Assembly: GCA_963666985.2 (NCBI GenBank) | Contig: CAXXIA010000002.1 | Location: 2,432,001 to 2,496,000 of the forward strand | Reading direction: 5' to 3' | Length of the DNA: 64,000 bases | Source of the DNA: Spirochaetia bacterium | GTDB taxonomy: Bacteria; Spirochaetota; Spirochaetia; DSM-2461 | Shown: positions 61,414-64,000 of the stretch, in pieces | How positions within the stretch are numbered: the first letter of the stretch is position 1 | How the letters are laid out: every line of letters begins with the position of its first letter | Notes under the pieces: generated by a model | Told to the model about the DNA's origin: nothing | Seen by the model: only the letters and a program-made list of their open reading frames with translations | Databases searched by the model: none | Program-made: the position numbers and the translations under genes

Positions 61414-61640
61414 ATAAAACAGATTATAACTTCATAGACCATAAGAATCCGGTTAATTCATTCGACTGATCCTGAACCGATAGTTGCCCGATCGAAGAAG
61501 GAACGCCGATAACACACTCCATGGAGAGAAGATGATAAGCAGTTAATGATGATGTTCAATCATCAAAGAGTGATTGAACCGGGTAATCAAAGTAACGGAG
61601 TTATTCAGGTTCTGTTTCTTCTTAAAGGAGTTTGTATTGG

Positions 61641-61674
61641 CATAATATACTATATGTATGTATAGTATATTATG
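61641..61674. promoter_or_regulatory. 14-bp perfect inverted repeat over the promoter and start codon of the radical SAM gene
   Basis: CATAATATACTATA-tgtatg-TATAGTATATTATG; contains TATAGT (61661-61666) and the ATG (61672). Confidence 0.7.
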
Positions 61675-63912
61675 GACCTTCTTGAGAAGCTCGGCATCCT
61701 CGCGGATTCGGCCAAATATGATGTGTCCTGCGCTTCAAGCGGCAGCAGTCGAACCGGGGGGAATGGATTCGGTACCACCCGATCTTGGGGTGTGTGTCAT
61801 ACCTGGTCCGCTGACGGCCGCTGTGTTTCACTGCTGAAGCTGCTTTTTTCCAATGTCTGCATTTACGATTGCGCGTACTGCATCAATCGTCGGAGCAATG
61901 ATATCCTCCGCACGTCTTTCACCGTGGATGAGCTGGTCGACCTGACGGTGAATTTCTACAAGCGGAACTACATTGAGGGTTTGTTCCTCAGTTCCGGTGT
62001 TTTCGGCGATCCCGACTATACCATGGACAAGCTGATCCGCGTTGCCCGCCGTCTGCGAAAGGACGAGGGGTTTCGGGGATATATTCACCTAAAGATTATC
62101 CCCGGAACAACACGCCGTTTTGTTGAAGAGGCAGGCCGATACGCGGACCGATTAAGCGTGAATATTGAACTCCCCTCCGAATCCAGTCTTCGTCGGCTGG
62201 CTCCTCAGAAAAGTAAAGGGTCCATTGTCGGTGTTATGAATCATCTGACCGAAAAAATGGAGGAAAACCGGGAAGAGGGCACACGGTATTCCCGGCCATC
62301 GCCGTCTTTTGCTCCGGCGGGTCAGTCCACCCAGCTTATCGTCGGAGCCAGTCCCGAGACCGATCGAACCATTATGAATCTTTCTTCTTATTTTTATCGC
62401 AGGCTGAAATTACGCCGGGTTTATTACTCCGCCTTCGTTCCGGTGAATACCGACGGTCCGCTTTCCCATGTCGCCGGTGCTCCCATGCATCGGGAGCACC
62501 GGCTGTATCAGGCTGACTGGCTTATCCGTCTTTATAAGTTCGATGTCTCCGAATTATTTGAAGATGATGATGAGAGTATCGATGGTAATCTTGATCCCAA
62601 AACGCAGTGGGCGCTGCGGCATTATCATCTGTTTCCCGTCGAAGTGGTCGGGGCGGATTATGAAACACTGCTTCGAACTCCCGGCATCGGATTTCGTTCG
62701 GCGGAGAGAATCGTCCGCTATCGGAGAAATACCCGGCTTGATTTCGCCATGCTTAAAAAGTTCGGCGTTGTTCTCAAAAGGGCTCGATACTTTATTACCT
62801 GTCATGGGGTGCATCTGGAGCCGCGTGAGCTTGCCGTGGAGAGTCTGCGCGATCTTCTCGCGGATTCTTCTTGTCCGCCGGCCGCCGTTGGGGGAAAAGC
62901 GAGTAGCGATCCATACGGAAAGGCGTCCGGAGAGGCTTTATCGACAAAGCAGCTTCTTCTTTTCGGAGGAGAAGCGGAACCGTATGTGAAATGCGGGAAG
63001 AGCGGCCGATATTCAGCCGGAGAGGATGACGCGAAAGAACAGCCGGTACACGGAGCAAAGGGTACCCGAGTGGCGGAAACGTCGGGTGCCGCAGCGGACA
63101 ACTCCTCCGGAATCCGTGAGGTATTCTTCCGATACGATGGAACCTTTACCGGTTTGCTCTCCCTTCTTGAAAAGCTTCGGAACAATCCCGAACTTGTTCC
63201 CGTGAAAATTGAACGTTCCTCAAATTCGGAATTATCTCCGCGAAACGAAGATTTCTTTCGCGATACGGTTTGCATCATCAACGATCGGTCGGCGGCGGAT
63301 CGCTTCATCGAGCGCTTCGTAAAGAAAGAATCCCTTCAATCCCTGGAACTTGTGCATTCCGCGTTTTTATCGGAAAAACCCGATATAGAGATGGCGATTG
63401 TCGATTTTTGCCGAGGTTCGGTTTCACGGAACCTCATCGGGCGAGAAGATTCCTCCGATTCCAAAGGAGCTTCTTTTGTTCTTTTGGAAAACGCGGAGCG
63501 GCGATTCTTCAGAGAGATTGAACGGTTTTTGGGATTCTTGCGTTTTCACAGAAATAAGGACGGTTTGTTCGTGGCGGAAATGGAACCGGAATGTAATATT
63601 CTCTCCGATCTTGCGCCCTTGATGGTTGAGAGAATGTCTTCCCAAAAGTGGTGCATCATAGATCGAAAAAGAAATCGAGCGGCGTTCCACTCCCAAGGCC
63701 GTCTTGCGTTTCATGCCGTCTCTTCCGGTGACGTTCTCCGAATCGACTGTTCGGAGGCCGAAGAGGAAGATGAAAACATTGCTCTCTGGCGTCATTATAT
63801 TGAACGCATCGCCGTGAAGGAGCGAATTAATACCGCCCTTCAGCGGCATTTTCTTCCCCAAAAGTATCATCGTTATCTGACGGAAATGAACAAATCCCGT
63901 ACGGCGCGATAA
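61672..63912 (+). CDS. Putative DNA modification/repair radical SAM protein fused to a DUF4130 domain
   Basis: AKYDVSCASSG, CIYDCAYC, GQSTQ, REHRLYQADWL, HhH LLRTPGIG; then YDGTFTGLL...LGFLRF...IIDRKR...WRHY...ERIN. Confidence 0.92.
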   Translation: MDLLEKLGILADSAKYDVSCASSGSSRTGGNGFGTTRSWGVCHTWSADGRCVSLLKLLFSNVCIYDCAYCINRRSNDILRTSFTVDELVDLTVNFYKRNYIEGLFLSSGVFGDPDYTMDKLIRVARRLRKDEGFRGYIHLKIIPGTTRRFVEEAGRYADRLSVNIELPSESSLRRLAPQKSKGSIVGVMNHLTEKMEENREEGTRYSRPSPSFAPAGQSTQLIVGASPETDRTIMNLSSYFYRRLKLRRVYYSAFVPVNTDGPLSHVAGAPMHREHRLYQADWLIRLYKFDVSELFEDDDESIDGNLDPKTQWALRHYHLFPVEVVGADYETLLRTPGIGFRSAERIVRYRRNTRLDFAMLKKFGVVLKRARYFITCHGVHLEPRELAVESLRDLLADSSCPPAAVGGKASSDPYGKASGEALSTKQLLLFGGEAEPYVKCGKSGRYSAGEDDAKEQPVHGAKGTRVAETSGAAADNSSGIREVFFRYDGTFTGLLSLLEKLRNNPELVPVKIERSSNSELSPRNEDFFRDTVCIINDRSAADRFIERFVKKESLQSLELVHSAFLSEKPDIEMAIVDFCRGSVSRNLIGREDSSDSKGASFVLLENAERRFFREIERFLGFLRFHRNKDGLFVAEMEPECNILSDLAPLMVERMSSQKWCIIDRKRNRAAFHSQGRLAFHAVSSGDVLRIDCSEAEEEDENIALWRHYIERIAVKERINTALQRHFLPQKYHRYLTEMNKSRTAR

Positions 63913-64000
63913 ACGGAGGTTTTTCCGTTACAGGGCCCGCCGGCGTTCGTCTCTCAATGGAAATTCTCCGTTAAGCGCCTGATTTAAGATATCCAGAATC

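Overview
Gene-dense bacterial chromosome segment, most likely from a free-living spirochaete (inferred from spirochaete-style signal and lipoprotein peptides and a long-class chemoreceptor). No rRNA, tRNA, CRISPR array or transposase was recognised. In order, it holds: the end of a FecCD-type metal ABC operon ending in a TM1266-family gene; an MCP; a LacI-controlled sugar locus (ABC transporter, GH31 glycosidase, dehydrogenase, epimerase) with three readable TCAAAACGTTTTGA-type operators; a tandem DUF4139 pair; a serine hydrolase; a five-gene operon combining three PTS EIIA domains (one fused to an Xis/BldC-like HTH), CBS pairs and two cation transporters, preceded by a 10-bp-phased GACA repeat array; a ~6.3-kb tandem duplication of cheA-cheY-mcp-cheW-cheB with near-identical signalling cores but diverged receptor sensor domains (both CheAs carry an MshEN-like motif; copy 1 is split at an A8 tract); single cheR, an atypical MCP-like gene and cheD; c-di-GMP enzymes; a His-less LytS-type fragment divergent from an AraC regulator; a yedF-desulfurase-DUF3343-selD cluster; a sigma54-dependent atoBDAE-like operon; assorted enzymes; and a fused radical-SAM/DUF4130 DNA-repair gene whose start codon lies inside a 14-bp perfect inverted repeat. 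The best candidates for undescribed systems are the PTS-HTH/ion-transport operon with its phased repeats and the duplicated chemosensory cassette. Family assignments come from motif recognition, not database searches.
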